Below, piece after piece: positions 17,727 to 27,569 of a stretch of DNA of 64,000 bases (within the stretch, counting starts at the first letter, position 1; the number at the start of each line of letters is the position of its first letter). A program made the translations under genes and the position numbers. Below the pieces are notes generated by a model. That model saw only the letters and a list, made by a program, of their open reading frames with translations, searched no databases and was not told where the DNA came from. The DNA lies in assembly GCA_023129075.1 (NCBI GenBank), contig JAGMCT010000023.1, positions 811-64,810 of the forward strand, written 5' to 3'. Origin of the DNA: Candidatus Micrarchaeota archaeon (GTDB lineage: Archaea; Micrarchaeota; Micrarchaeia; Anstonellales; Bilamarchaeaceae).

Positions 17727-19598
17727 ATGAAAGAATTAATCATTCATGCAGATAAGGTTTCTTATGAAGTAACAAAGAAAACAGGGGTGGCCGAAGAAAT
17801 TCCAAAGGAGATGGAAAAGGGAGAAATGGAGGAAGTGCTCTGGCTGAGGATAGCAGTGGAAAAGGACGATGAGGGAAAAATAGAGAATTTAGTGAGGAAG
17901 GCAGTGGAGGATGTAAAAAAAGTGGCAGAACAAGTGAAAGTGAAGAATGTGATGATTTATCCTTATGCACATCTTTTGTTTGGGTCAAAACCTTCTGACC
18001 CGAAAACAGCCCTGAATCTTCTGAAGGGGATTGAAGAGGAGCTTAAGAAAGAAGGATTTGAAGTAATGAGGGCTCCTTTTGGGTGGTACAAAAAATTTAC
18101 TGTGGTTGCAAAGGGGCATCCTCTGAGTGAATTGTCAAGGGTTTTTCATGGAGAAGAAAGTGAAGAAAGGGATGAGGTTTCTGCATCAGTGAAAGCTGAG
18201 GAAGAGCTCAAGAGTAGATTTTATATATTAACCCCTGAGGGGGAGCTTGTGGAAGCTGAGAAATATGATTATAAAGGGCGAGAAGGGCTCAGGAAACTAA
18301 TGAGCTATGAGACTAAGAAAATGAGGGCGTATGAAAAAGAGCCGCCGCACATAAAAATCATGCAGGAACAGGAGCTTGTAGATTATGAGCCGGGAAGCGA
18401 TGCGGGAAATTTCAGGTTTTATCCAAAGGGAAGGCTGATAAAGAAATTATTGGAGGAATCAATAACAGACTTTTGTATAGATTTGGGGGCAATGGAGGTG
18501 GAGACCCCTTTGATGTATGATTTTGAACATCCTTCTCTGAAGAAGTATTTGAATAGGTTTCCTGCAAGACAGTATGTGGTGCTGAGCGAGGATAAGAGAT
18601 TCTTTCTGAGGTTTGCGGCATGTTTTGGGCAGTTTTTAATGAATCATGATATGGTAATGAGCTACAGGCACCTGCCCCTAAAAATGTATGAATTGGCAAG
18701 GTACTCTTTCAGAAGGGAGCAGACTGGGGAGCTCGCAGGGCTTAAGAGGCTTAGGGCGTTTACCATGCCGGATATGCATACTCTTGCAAGAGATATGGAG
18801 ATGGCAAAAAAAGAGTTTGAAAAACAGCTGGAAGCAGGAATAGAATGGCTGGGCGGAACCGGACTCTATGAAGGAATAGAAACCGCATTCAGGGTGCAGA
18901 GTGATTTTTACGAAGAGAATAAGGAATGGTATAGGGAAATGGTAAAAAAATTGGGAAAACCTGTGCTTGTTGAGTTGTTTGATGAGAGGTATGCTTATTT
19001 TATTACGAAATTTGAGTTTAATTTTATAGATACGATGGACAAAGCGAGTGCATTAACTACGGTGCAGATAGATGTAGAGAATGCAGAAACCTATGACATT
19101 AATTTTGTAGAGGAGAACGGAGAGAAGAAAAGGCCGTTGATATTGCATGCATCCATAAGCGGGGGCATAGAAAGGGTAATTTATGCACTTTTGGAAAACG
19201 AGGCAGGGAAGATGAAGAAAGGGAAAAAAGCGATGCTTCCTGTGTGGCTCTCCCCCACCCAAATAAGGGTAATTCCCATCTCAAGAAATCAGCTGGAGTA
19301 TGCAAAGAAGGTTGCTGAGGGGTTAAAGGAATTTAGGGTTGATGTGGATGATAGGGATGAGAGCTTGGGAAAAAGGATAAGGGCGGCTGAGAAAGAATGG
19401 ATTCCCTATGTGATTGTTGTTGGGGAGAAAGAAGAGAAAGAGAAAAAAATTGCTGTTACCATAAGAGAAACACAGAATAAAAAGGAGATGAATGTAGAAG
19501 AGATTGAAAAGGAAATAGCTGAAAAAACAAGAGATTTTCCAAAAACAAAACTTTCACTTCCTCAATTAATCTCAAAAAGACCAACATTCAGAGGTTGA
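17727..19598 (+). CDS. thrS: threonyl-tRNA synthetase (archaeal type with N-terminal editing domain)
   Basis: 623 aa; class II aaRS core motifs (FRREQTGE, RLRAFTMPDMH, HASISGGIERVIYALLE), a C-terminal anticodon-binding domain and an archaeal-type N-terminal domain. Confidence 0.85.
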   Translation: MKELIIHADKVSYEVTKKTGVAEEIPKEMEKGEMEEVLWLRIAVEKDDEGKIENLVRKAVEDVKKVAEQVKVKNVMIYPYAHLLFGSKPSDPKTALNLLKGIEEELKKEGFEVMRAPFGWYKKFTVVAKGHPLSELSRVFHGEESEERDEVSASVKAEEELKSRFYILTPEGELVEAEKYDYKGREGLRKLMSYETKKMRAYEKEPPHIKIMQEQELVDYEPGSDAGNFRFYPKGRLIKKLLEESITDFCIDLGAMEVETPLMYDFEHPSLKKYLNRFPARQYVVLSEDKRFFLRFAACFGQFLMNHDMVMSYRHLPLKMYELARYSFRREQTGELAGLKRLRAFTMPDMHTLARDMEMAKKEFEKQLEAGIEWLGGTGLYEGIETAFRVQSDFYEENKEWYREMVKKLGKPVLVELFDERYAYFITKFEFNFIDTMDKASALTTVQIDVENAETYDINFVEENGEKKRPLILHASISGGIERVIYALLENEAGKMKKGKKAMLPVWLSPTQIRVIPISRNQLEYAKKVAEGLKEFRVDVDDRDESLGKRIRAAEKEWIPYVIVVGEKEEKEKKIAVTIRETQNKKEMNVEEIEKEIAEKTRDFPKTKLSLPQLISKRPTFRG

Positions 19599-19632
19599 AA
19601 CACAAGATTTATATATTAGAAAGTGTAAGAAT

Positions 19633-21165
19633 ATGGTTATGGAAAGAAAAGAAAGGGTGCTTACCAGACAGGTGCTCAAAAAGCAACCCAATATCTTCAA
19701 GAAAATAATCAAAAACAAAGGCGACCGACAGCATGGATTAGAGCTTAACAATATATTTCTTAATATCCTTGATGAAAACAAGATAACACAAGCAATGTTG
19801 AGAATACAAGCGCTTGCATTAGTACATCACATTGAAGAAAAAAACCTTGGCAGGATTATAACTAATTTTCAAAAAAGCCTTAATGATTCAGTAAAAAAGA
19901 CGTATTCAAAAGACATCCTTCAGCTTTGGAAGAATTATCAAGTCCTTAGAAAAATAGATGAAAATGAAGGGCCATTGGGTATATATAAAGAATTGCTGGA
20001 GAGTGTTGGGCCTATGGTTCTTATGACAAGAATAATGGATTTAAGCTCAAAAAAAATTATAAATCCGTACATTCCAAAACCTAAAAAACAATCTATTTTA
20101 GTTGAGCTTGCTAAGAGGATGCTTTACATTTACTCTCCTGTTGCAGAAATAATGCAGCTCCATATGCGTTCCGGGATAATTAAACATAAAGGAATTGAGG
20201 TATTATACTCGGAACAACTTGATGATGTAAGAGAGATTATTTCTGCAAAGGAATTTGAAATAAAAAAAACAATGAAAACATTCAAACAAAAAATCAATCT
20301 GACAATAGAAAAATATAATGAAGATAATGGAACAAAATTCATAATACCAAAAGACAGGGAATGCAGGATAAAAACGCCTGCAAGCATAGTTCTTAAGATG
20401 ATTGACAAAAAAATAGGGGATGTAGATAGCATCCTTGACCTTATTGCAATAACAATTGTTGAGAACAGCCAGATAGATGAAGAAGAGAAAATAAGGCACA
20501 TTTACAATCTTGAAAAAGAGATTAGTGTTGTTTTGATGGGAAATAAAACATGGCTCCTTGAAGAAGATGACCACATAAAAAATCCAAAGAATACAGGGTA
20601 TCAGGCTTTACACCAAAATTATAAAACATTGAATGGAATTGGTTTTGAGATACAGTACAAAACACTTAAGATGCATGAAAAGTCAGAGAGGGGAGACCCT
20701 TCTCAATTTCATGGAATTCACAAAAGCAACGGAAGAATAACAAAAAGGATTAGTAAAAATCTCAATGAATTCCTTGGCACTGTTGCAATGGCCAAAAATG
20801 AGGAGGAATTACTTGAAAGTTCATTAAAGGCAAGACATGCAAAAAAAACATACTCTTTAACTATCTATGAAAATGGAAAGAAAAGAATTGTCAAATTAAA
20901 ATTTTCATTTGACCCTCTTGTTGCAGATTTAGTAGCAGATTCTGTTGGATTCGAAAGAAAAGTTAATGTATATGGAAAAGAAACAGGTCTGCAATTGCCT
21001 TTTTTGAATAATGTAAAATCAGGTTCAGAAATAGAAATAATGGTAACAGACAGAAAATCTAATTATAGGAAAGAAACAATGAAATTAATATTAGCTAAAA
21101 CAAAAGATGAGAATACAGTTAAAAATATTAAATCTTATCTTAAATCTACTTCCAAAAAAGTATAG
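19633..21165 (+). CDS. RelA/SpoT-homolog (RSH) synthetase-domain protein with C-terminal TGS-like domain
   Basis: The RxKxxxSIxxK motif (RECRIKTPASIVLKM), the D-x-I-A motif (DLIAITIV) and the G-Y-Q-S-L-H...E-I-Q-I-R-T-like block (NTGYQALHQNYKTLNGIGFEIQYKTLKMHEKSERG...FHGIHK) match the (p)ppGpp synthetase domain. C-terminal VNVYGKETGLQLPFLNNVKSGSEIEIM is TGS-like. No intact HD motif is visible (ALALVHHIEE). Confidence 0.55.
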   Translation: MVMERKERVLTRQVLKKQPNIFKKIIKNKGDRQHGLELNNIFLNILDENKITQAMLRIQALALVHHIEEKNLGRIITNFQKSLNDSVKKTYSKDILQLWKNYQVLRKIDENEGPLGIYKELLESVGPMVLMTRIMDLSSKKIINPYIPKPKKQSILVELAKRMLYIYSPVAEIMQLHMRSGIIKHKGIEVLYSEQLDDVREIISAKEFEIKKTMKTFKQKINLTIEKYNEDNGTKFIIPKDRECRIKTPASIVLKMIDKKIGDVDSILDLIAITIVENSQIDEEEKIRHIYNLEKEISVVLMGNKTWLLEEDDHIKNPKNTGYQALHQNYKTLNGIGFEIQYKTLKMHEKSERGDPSQFHGIHKSNGRITKRISKNLNEFLGTVAMAKNEEELLESSLKARHAKKTYSLTIYENGKKRIVKLKFSFDPLVADLVADSVGFERKVNVYGKETGLQLPFLNNVKSGSEIEIMVTDRKSNYRKETMKLILAKTKDENTVKNIKSYLKSTSKKV

Positions 21166-22303
21166 AAGATTCCCTTGCCTCTAATTTTTTGGGCCTTACA
21201 TCTGCGGTTCTTATTTTACATGCATCTATCTTTCCCTTGAAACCTATCCTTTCACCTATTGCAATAAGAATTTCATCTACAGGGATGTGTGTTTCGTGGA
21301 TTACTGCATTCCCTACAATCATTGCTCCTTTTTCTGTGGAAAGGTAAAGGTTGTGAAGAACTTTTTCCATGTCTGCAAAGTAAGTTGAAGCTATTGGAAT
21401 GTGGGAGTATTCTTTTGCTTCTTCAGGGCATTCTGAAAAGGAAGAACCGGTTATGAAAGAACGGATGGATGCAGAGCGGACTAATTTTGTAATGTCCTTT
21501 TCCATCGCAAGCAGGCTTAATTCCAGGCCATAAACTTTGGAATAATCTATGTTGTTGAGGTAGGGAGGGGAAGTGATGAAGGCATCTGCTTTTGTTTTGT
21601 AGGAGCGGGCGTCAGCAACCAGCAATTCGGGAACAGGGCCTTTTATACTATTTTCTTTTAGGTCTTTGAGCATTTGTTTTATCTTTCTTTTGAATGCTAT
21701 TTTAGGGGGGATTGTGCTCTTTTTTGGGTCTGGTCTGAGTACGCCTCCATCCTTCCTGAAAAAACCGCTTTGGGGGAGAATAGAAACTAGCGCAAAGAGG
21801 AAAAAGGCCTTTATCTTTTCTTCCTGAATGTTTTCTATTGAAGTTCTTAGAGAAATCAACTGATTGTAATTTCTTTTTCCAAAAACCTTGGATGGATGAA
21901 ACAATTCAAAATCCCAACTCCAATCTGATTTTTCTTTTGCTGGAGAAATATTTTTCATGTTTTCATATATGGATTTTGTTTCTTCTGCTGAATAATCAGA
22001 GGTTTTTACACTGGAAACAAATATTGAAAGCGGTGAGGAATCTACTGCAATGCAGGAAATTCCTTTACTTTTGCAGACTAGGGGGGTGGTGCCGATTCCG
22101 CAAAAAGGGTCATAAACAATATTTGGCTTGAATAAAGAAAGGTAATGCTCTACTAATTCAGGGGCGTATGCCTCCTTATAATAAAACCAATTGTGTATGG
22201 GGTGTTCCTTGCCGTGTTTAAAAGTAAAATATTCTTTTATCATAAACCTATGGCCTCTTTTGAAAGTTTGTCTGCTATTTGGTTTTTTTCCCTTGGAATC
22301 CAC
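21146..22303 (-). CDS. N6-adenine/N4-cytosine DNA methyltransferase-like (alpha-type motif order), orphan
   Basis: Motif I VYDPFCGIGTT near aa 65 and motif IV AFITSPPYLNN near aa 245. The real start is probably internal (MIKEY, ~22243), because the first 60 nt overlap the RNase H gene. No adjacent restriction-enzyme candidate. Confidence 0.5.
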   Translation of the reverse strand: MDSKGKKPNSRQTFKRGHRFMIKEYFTFKHGKEHPIHNWFYYKEAYAPELVEHYLSLFKPNIVYDPFCGIGTTPLVCKSKGISCIAVDSSPLSIFVSSVKTSDYSAEETKSIYENMKNISPAKEKSDWSWDFELFHPSKVFGKRNYNQLISLRTSIENIQEEKIKAFFLFALVSILPQSGFFRKDGGVLRPDPKKSTIPPKIAFKRKIKQMLKDLKENSIKGPVPELLVADARSYKTKADAFITSPPYLNNIDYSKVYGLELSLLAMEKDITKLVRSASIRSFITGSSFSECPEEAKEYSHIPIASTYFADMEKVLHNLYLSTEKGAMIVGNAVIHETHIPVDEILIAIGERIGFKGKIDACKIRTADVRPKKLEARESSILFWK

Positions 22304-22623
22304 TTATATTGAATTTTCATTTCGTTGGAAAGGATATCAATCTTCTTTTTTAGTTCCTTTAAATGTGGTTTTTTTATCTTATATTCGCCTTTAATTTGCT
22401 TTATCAACAATTGAGAATCTGAGTTTATTACTGCTGATCCCTGCCCTTTTTCTTTAAGTAATTCCAATGCCCTTATAACTGCAGAGTATTCAGAGATGTT
22501 ATTGGTTCCTTCCCCTATAGATTCGCTTATTTTGAATTCTTTTTTACCGATAAGAATGAGAATACCGATACCCATTGGACCTGGATTCCCAGAGCACGCC
22601 CCATCAGTGTAAACTACTGCCAT
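22240..22623 (-). CDS. rnhA: ribonuclease HI
   Basis: MAVVYTDGACSGNPGPMGIGIL...GEGTNNISEYSAVIRALE is the RNase H1 catalytic core. The listed 177-aa ORF carries a spurious N-terminal extension; start set at MAVVY. Confidence 0.7.
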   Translation of the reverse strand: MAVVYTDGACSGNPGPMGIGILILIGKKEFKISESIGEGTNNISEYSAVIRALELLKEKGQGSAVINSDSQLLIKQIKGEYKIKKPHLKELKKKIDILSNEMKIQYKWIPREKNQIADKLSKEAIGL

Positions 22624-22675
22624 AAAAGAATAAGGTTCATAAAAATTTAAAAACAAGAGCAGTATATAACAAAAT

Positions 22676-23068
22676 ATGGAATCAGAAAAAGCTCCGGATG
22701 TGCAGGTGATGGTAGATGAATTGCTGTACCATCTGGAATTTGAGCATATAATAGAGAGCAGGATATTTTGCATGCGGAGTTATGGAGCAAAAGTAAATGC
22801 ATATGCAAGAATCTGGTCTCTGCCGAGTATATGGCGGAATGCTCTTGAAATAAATCCGTTTTATCTTATTGAGGTAGTCAGTGAAAATTTTGACAAACTT
22901 TCAGAAGAAAAAAAGGAGAAAGTCATATTGCATGAATTATTGCACATCCCAAAAAGATTCAGCGGCGGGCTGGTTGCACACAATAATCCGGGGGAAAGAA
23001 TAGACGACAAAAAAGTAAATAGAATATATGAGGAGTATGTTAAAAAGAAGAATAATAGACCTTTATGA
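22676..23068 (+). CDS. putative zinc metallopeptidase-like protein (HExxH)
   Basis: 130 aa with ILHELLHIP...H, an HExxH..H arrangement resembling SprT/Wss1-like minimal metallopeptidases. Confidence 0.35.
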   Translation: MESEKAPDVQVMVDELLYHLEFEHIIESRIFCMRSYGAKVNAYARIWSLPSIWRNALEINPFYLIEVVSENFDKLSEEKKEKVILHELLHIPKRFSGGLVAHNNPGERIDDKKVNRIYEEYVKKKNNRPL

Positions 23069-23504
23069 AAGTTGGTTTCTCATTTTCAATAATTGCATAA
23101 ACAAGTTCCTTTCTGAGGTTAATTGCCTTTTCCATATCTTTGCGCATTTCTTCAAGGTTGAGGTCCTTTACAACTTTTAAGAGATAAAGGGTTCTATCCT
23201 CCCCGAATCTTATTCCTTTTTTGTAAATTCTTAGGAAATCAGAGGGGAGAAGACCTTCCCTGACAATATAGTGTTTTTTCCTGAAGAACTCAAAAATCCT
23301 ATATTCCTCTTTGTAATATTTCCTTTTTTTGGAAGCCATTTCAAAGAGTTCCTTCTCATCTATATCAGAATCCAGCAGACCTTTTCTTTTTAGGTAAATA
23401 GCTTCTAAAGGGGGAAGTATATATTCTCCATTTATTTCAATTCCAGCACCAAGGTCTTTGTATTTATCCTTATCCTTTACTCTGACCCCGTATATGGTTT
23501 CCAT
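23040..23504 (-). CDS. possible tRNA-splicing endonuclease subunit (EndA-like, probably structural subunit)
   Basis: N-terminal GAGIEINGEYILPPLEAIYLKRKGLL resembles the EndA N-domain; C-terminal HYIVREGLL...YKKGIRFGEDRTLYLL resembles the EndA core (Y.V..DL...GY.V..G.KFG.DF.vY) but with incomplete catalytic residues. Confidence 0.35.
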   Translation of the reverse strand: METIYGVRVKDKDKYKDLGAGIEINGEYILPPLEAIYLKRKGLLDSDIDEKELFEMASKKRKYYKEEYRIFEFFRKKHYIVREGLLPSDFLRIYKKGIRFGEDRTLYLLKVVKDLNLEEMRKDMEKAINLRKELVYAIIENEKPTFIKVYYSSF

Positions 23505-24013
23505 TCTTCCTCCTCTTCTTCTTCCTCTTCCTTCTTAACTTCGTGTATATTCCTCTTTATCACTACTAACATCTTTGTGAGAATAGGGTAAGGAAGATAA
23601 CTCATATGTATCTCAAGCCCGCTGCCTCCTGTGCTATCAACAATAAGCTGACCTAAACCGAATATCCTCTCAATCAAAGAAACATTTACCCTTACATTAT
23701 CCACTTTATGATAAGGGATATAGACGGTTTTTGTATTCAACAGACCCTTTCTAGCTGTTACTCCTGAGGAAGTAACCTCAATCTCATTAACCTTGGTGTA
23801 AACAACCGAGATAATAAGAGAAAAAATCAACAGTAAGACAAGAGAACCATAAAAAAGGAAATTGTCAATTCCAAGAATCCTCGGAGAATTGGAAAGATAT
23901 GAAATCAGAACAAGAACAATAAAAAGGACAGTAAATGTGAAATAATAAACCCTACCGCACATCCTTATTGAGAATTCTTCATCAACCATATTAACACTTG
24001 CAGTGATGTTCAA
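23477..24013 (-). CDS. membrane protein with bacterial-type PH domain (YdbS/YdbT-like, DUF304)
   Basis: Two TM helices followed by a beta-rich domain ending GLGQLIVDSTGGS; poly-Glu C-terminus. Confidence 0.4.
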   Translation of the reverse strand: MNITASVNMVDEEFSIRMCGRVYYFTFTVLFIVLVLISYLSNSPRILGIDNFLFYGSLVLLLIFSLIISVVYTKVNEIEVTSSGVTARKGLLNTKTVYIPYHKVDNVRVNVSLIERIFGLGQLIVDSTGGSGLEIHMSYLPYPILTKMLVVIKRNIHEVKKEEEEEEEEEWKPYTGSE

Positions 24014-24053
24014 TGTAATAATTTAAATTAGTTGCGGAAAAGAAAACAAAAAA

Positions 24054-26147
24054 TTAGGAATAAAAACCTGCCTCTAGATTGATATCATTCCTTAATGAAA
24101 TTAATTTATCTCTAAGCATTTGATTTTTCGGGTCCTTGCTTCTTATATCATGGAAAATCTCATTTATTAATTCTGAGTAACCTTTTTTTCCTGGAGGGAG
24201 ATATTCTGCCTGAACAACAAGATCTGTAAGAAGTCCCTCGGCAGAGTGGCTGCCATCTAATGCCCCAACAACAGCCACTCCTATCACCAAAAGAGCCAAT
24301 TCAGCATCAATCTTCTCCAACTCAATATAACTATCACAGTTACCAAGGAAAAGAGTATTGAATATTAAATTCACTGTTTCTCCTTCAAAACTATATTCCA
24401 TTGTTTCCCTTACCTGCACTGCAATGAAAAAATCGTTTCCAACCAACAGATTAAGCATTTCGTAACGGTTAGCATTTATAAATTTCATGGAGTTTTCATG
24501 ATTATTCTTTAAGCCTGTAATAACCAGTTTCAGTACAAATCTGGCCAACCCTTTATCCATCTCGCTAAGTTTTTTGTAATTTAGATAAGGAAAAAGGTCA
24601 AAAAGGAACTGCCTTGTTTTTCCTTTCTTTTTTATTGCTCCGAGAATTATTTCTTTTAACACAACAGAAGCCAGTTCAGGATTTGTCTTTTCAAGTTTTA
24701 AATAAGGACTAATTTTTCCACTGAACAAAGAATCAAACATAAAATCCCCTTCCTCCCCAAATATTTCCCTCAACGCCAATCCAATCTTGATTGATGGGGC
24801 TAAATCAGGAGCTGTTAATAGACCAAGGATAGAAGAAAGATTATTTGAAATAAACTTCTTTGCACCTTCTTGTTTTTTTATTGCTCCTTCAACAGCAACT
24901 TTTTGTATAAGATTTGCAAATTTCGGGTCCTTTCTTTCTAATTCTTCATAACTAGCAGATTGAAGGGTATCCCATACAAAATTCACAGCCTTTTTATTAC
25001 TATTATAAGCTCCTTTGACGGCAATCCTTAATACATTTTCAGCTAGTTTTGCATCGTTCTCTGATATCCTATTGTAATCAATATAAGGAAGAATATCAAT
25101 GACAAACTCCTTTGCTTTTTGATTGTTCTGTGCTTTGGAAACTTTTTTTCTTAATATTAATTCTGCAAGTTCTTCATCAATTCTTGCAAGCTTTGCATAG
25201 GCAAAATGTTTTCCATCAAGCAAACACTTAGAAATGAGCTCACCTTTTTCCCTCCAATTATATATTAATAACTCTTTCAGAGCATCGTGGAGAGAATCAT
25301 AATCACCAAACAAAAGAGGCATTATCGTCTTCATAATCTCGTTCTTGAATGCCATTTTCATTGTTTCGTGCTCCTTTTTCAACTCATCAAACAATTCTGT
25401 ATCCCCGAACCCTTTAGTATAATCTACATTTTCTTTAAGATTTTTGAACTTCTGCAATTCCATGGCCTGCTTTATTTCATCTATAGACCTCATATATTTT
25501 CCCTGATTATAATCATCACTTGCATTCTTGAAACAAGCAAGCACCTCAATAGAAAGTTTTCTATCCTTTTCCGAGAGAATCCTCTCTATAAATTTTATCT
25601 TCTGCTCTGCGCTGGTTTTTATTGACCTTTTTATATCAAAATTAAGCAGGGGATACTCTGATTCAATAATATCTTTATAGTTGTTCCTTTCTTTTGCAAT
25701 CTCTAAAATAAAAAACAGACCCAATTTCTTTTCATTTTGGTTTCCATTTCTTACAAGCTCAAATATCCTATTTTCTTCATCGTCGGTTGTGAGAGTTAAA
25801 AGATTGTATCTTGGAGAGGATAAAATGGCCCTCAAATTCTCAAGATTTTTTTCATTAGGTTTGATGATATTTGAGGAATCAAGGAACAATGTCAAAGACC
25901 CCTGTACGTTTTCCTCATCCAGACGGAGTCTTTTACAGGGACCCATCTCCCATTTTCCATTTTCTTGTTTAAGAATGAATTCCGAGGATGGCTTTCCTTT
26001 AGCCCAGCTTATACAGAAGTCTCCGTTCTCCCTGAATTTATTCCGCATAGCACTCTCAATACCAGGTTTTGGCAAGAGTACCTCTGGCCTTTTGAATCTT
26101 ATGAGGTTAATTTTCATGGAGGGTTTTCCTCTCTTTTGTTGGGGCAT
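24054..26147 (-). CDS. large alpha-helical repeat protein of unknown function
   Basis: 697 aa with internal ~50-aa helical repeats (P.LA.VVL+.A..GA.KK......F..D..PY+.Y..L); no catalytic motifs recognised. Confidence 0.5.
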   Translation of the reverse strand: MPQQKRGKPSMKINLIRFKRPEVLLPKPGIESAMRNKFRENGDFCISWAKGKPSSEFILKQENGKWEMGPCKRLRLDEENVQGSLTLFLDSSNIIKPNEKNLENLRAILSSPRYNLLTLTTDDEENRIFELVRNGNQNEKKLGLFFILEIAKERNNYKDIIESEYPLLNFDIKRSIKTSAEQKIKFIERILSEKDRKLSIEVLACFKNASDDYNQGKYMRSIDEIKQAMELQKFKNLKENVDYTKGFGDTELFDELKKEHETMKMAFKNEIMKTIMPLLFGDYDSLHDALKELLIYNWREKGELISKCLLDGKHFAYAKLARIDEELAELILRKKVSKAQNNQKAKEFVIDILPYIDYNRISENDAKLAENVLRIAVKGAYNSNKKAVNFVWDTLQSASYEELERKDPKFANLIQKVAVEGAIKKQEGAKKFISNNLSSILGLLTAPDLAPSIKIGLALREIFGEEGDFMFDSLFSGKISPYLKLEKTNPELASVVLKEIILGAIKKKGKTRQFLFDLFPYLNYKKLSEMDKGLARFVLKLVITGLKNNHENSMKFINANRYEMLNLLVGNDFFIAVQVRETMEYSFEGETVNLIFNTLFLGNCDSYIELEKIDAELALLVIGVAVVGALDGSHSAEGLLTDLVVQAEYLPPGKKGYSELINEIFHDIRSKDPKNQMLRDKLISLRNDINLEAGFYS

Positions 26148-26208
26148 ATGTATATATATGTGAATAAAAGTATTTAAATGTTACTATTTCTGGAAAAATA
26201 GAAGGTTA

Positions 26209-27468
26209 TTAAGTACCTTCCTGCCAGCTGCCAAGATATTTCTTCTGCTCATCAGTGAGCACGTCTATCTCAACACCCATCTCCTTCAGCTGCAGCCTTG
26301 CTATCTCATTGTCTATTTCTTCTGGGAGATCAAGAACCTTTGAAGGAAGTTTTCCCTTATTCTTAACGAGGTACTCTGCGGCAAGAGATTGCCCTGCAAA
26401 AGAAGTGGCCATTACCTCCGAAGGGTGGCCTTCTGCAGCACCTAAGTTAACCAATCTTCCTTCAGCGCAGAGGTAGATTTTTTTTCCATCTATTTCATAT
26501 TCATCTAAGAACGGTCTCATCTTTCTCTTTTGTGCATTTTCATCAAGCCATTTTACATCTATCTCATTATCAAAATGTCCAGAGTTGGCAAGAACTGCAC
26601 CATCCTTCATAAGCTTGAAGTGCTCTGAGGATAGTACGTGTTTGTCTCCAGTGACTGTTATGAAGACTTCTCCTATCTTTGCAGCTTCCTTCATTGGCAT
26701 TACCCTATAGCCGTCCAGAGTGGCTCTAAGGGCTCTGAAGTGGTCAATTTCTGTGATTATTACGTTGGAACCAAGGCCTTCTGCCCTTAATGCAACCCCT
26801 TTCCCGCAGTCCCCGTAGCCTCCTACAACAACGATTTTCCCTGCGAAGAGTATATTGCTTGCCCTTAGTATGCCATCTATAGTGGATTGGCCAGTACCGT
26901 AGTAATTATCCAGGAGGTGCTTTGTTTTATTATCATTAACAGCAATCATCGGACATTTTAGAATTCCATCCTTTTCCATTGCTCTCAGGCGGATTACACC
27001 TGTGGTTGTTTCCTCGCATCCCCCTATTGTATCCTCAAGGAGTTCTTTTCTTTTTGTGTGAATTGCTGTAACAAGATCCCCTCCATCATCTATAGTTAGG
27101 TCTGGTTTTTGGTTGAGAACTCCTTCTATATATCTATAATATTCCTCATTGTTTTCGCCTTTGTAGCCGTATACAGATATGCCTTCTTTTACAAGAGCGG
27201 CAGCAACATCATCCTGGGTTGAAAGAGGATTGCAGCTTGCTATTGAAACCTTTGCTCCTCCTGCTTTCAGGGTTTTTACAAGAACTGCAGTTTCCTTCGT
27301 AATGTGCAGGGCAAGGCCTATTGTAATTCCTTCAAATGGTTTTTCTCTTTCAAATCTCCCTTTTATCAGGGACATTATACCCATTCTTTTTTCAGCAAGT
27401 TCAATATTTTTCATTCCCTGCTCTGCAAGGGAAAGGTCCTTAATCTCATAGTTTTCTCCTTTATCCAT
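26209..27468 (-). CDS. ahcY: S-adenosyl-L-homocysteine hydrolase
   Basis: 419 aa with an NAD-binding GYGDCGKG Rossmann motif, HFDNEIDV, and typical AdoHcyase N- and C-terminal blocks. Confidence 0.85.
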   Translation of the reverse strand: MDKGENYEIKDLSLAEQGMKNIELAEKRMGIMSLIKGRFEREKPFEGITIGLALHITKETAVLVKTLKAGGAKVSIASCNPLSTQDDVAAALVKEGISVYGYKGENNEEYYRYIEGVLNQKPDLTIDDGGDLVTAIHTKRKELLEDTIGGCEETTTGVIRLRAMEKDGILKCPMIAVNDNKTKHLLDNYYGTGQSTIDGILRASNILFAGKIVVVGGYGDCGKGVALRAEGLGSNVIITEIDHFRALRATLDGYRVMPMKEAAKIGEVFITVTGDKHVLSSEHFKLMKDGAVLANSGHFDNEIDVKWLDENAQKRKMRPFLDEYEIDGKKIYLCAEGRLVNLGAAEGHPSEVMATSFAGQSLAAEYLVKNKGKLPSKVLDLPEEIDNEIARLQLKEMGVEIDVLTDEQKKYLGSWQEGT

Positions 27469-27569
27469 ATTCTCACCAATAAGATATATTTAGTTATTCA
27501 ATATTTTTATACATAACTTCTTTAAGCTTTTCATTTGGAGAATCAGGTAGCTTTCATTCTTGAGAGGGC

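Noticed and set aside
22240-22773. Full 177-aa extent of the RNase H ORF
   Set aside because: The first 50 codons lack RNase H similarity; the conserved catalytic N-terminus begins at MAVVYTDGA, so the start was moved to 22623.
25287-26177. Plus-strand ORFs of 112, 160 and 70 aa
   Set aside because: Antisense within the 697-aa repeat protein gene.
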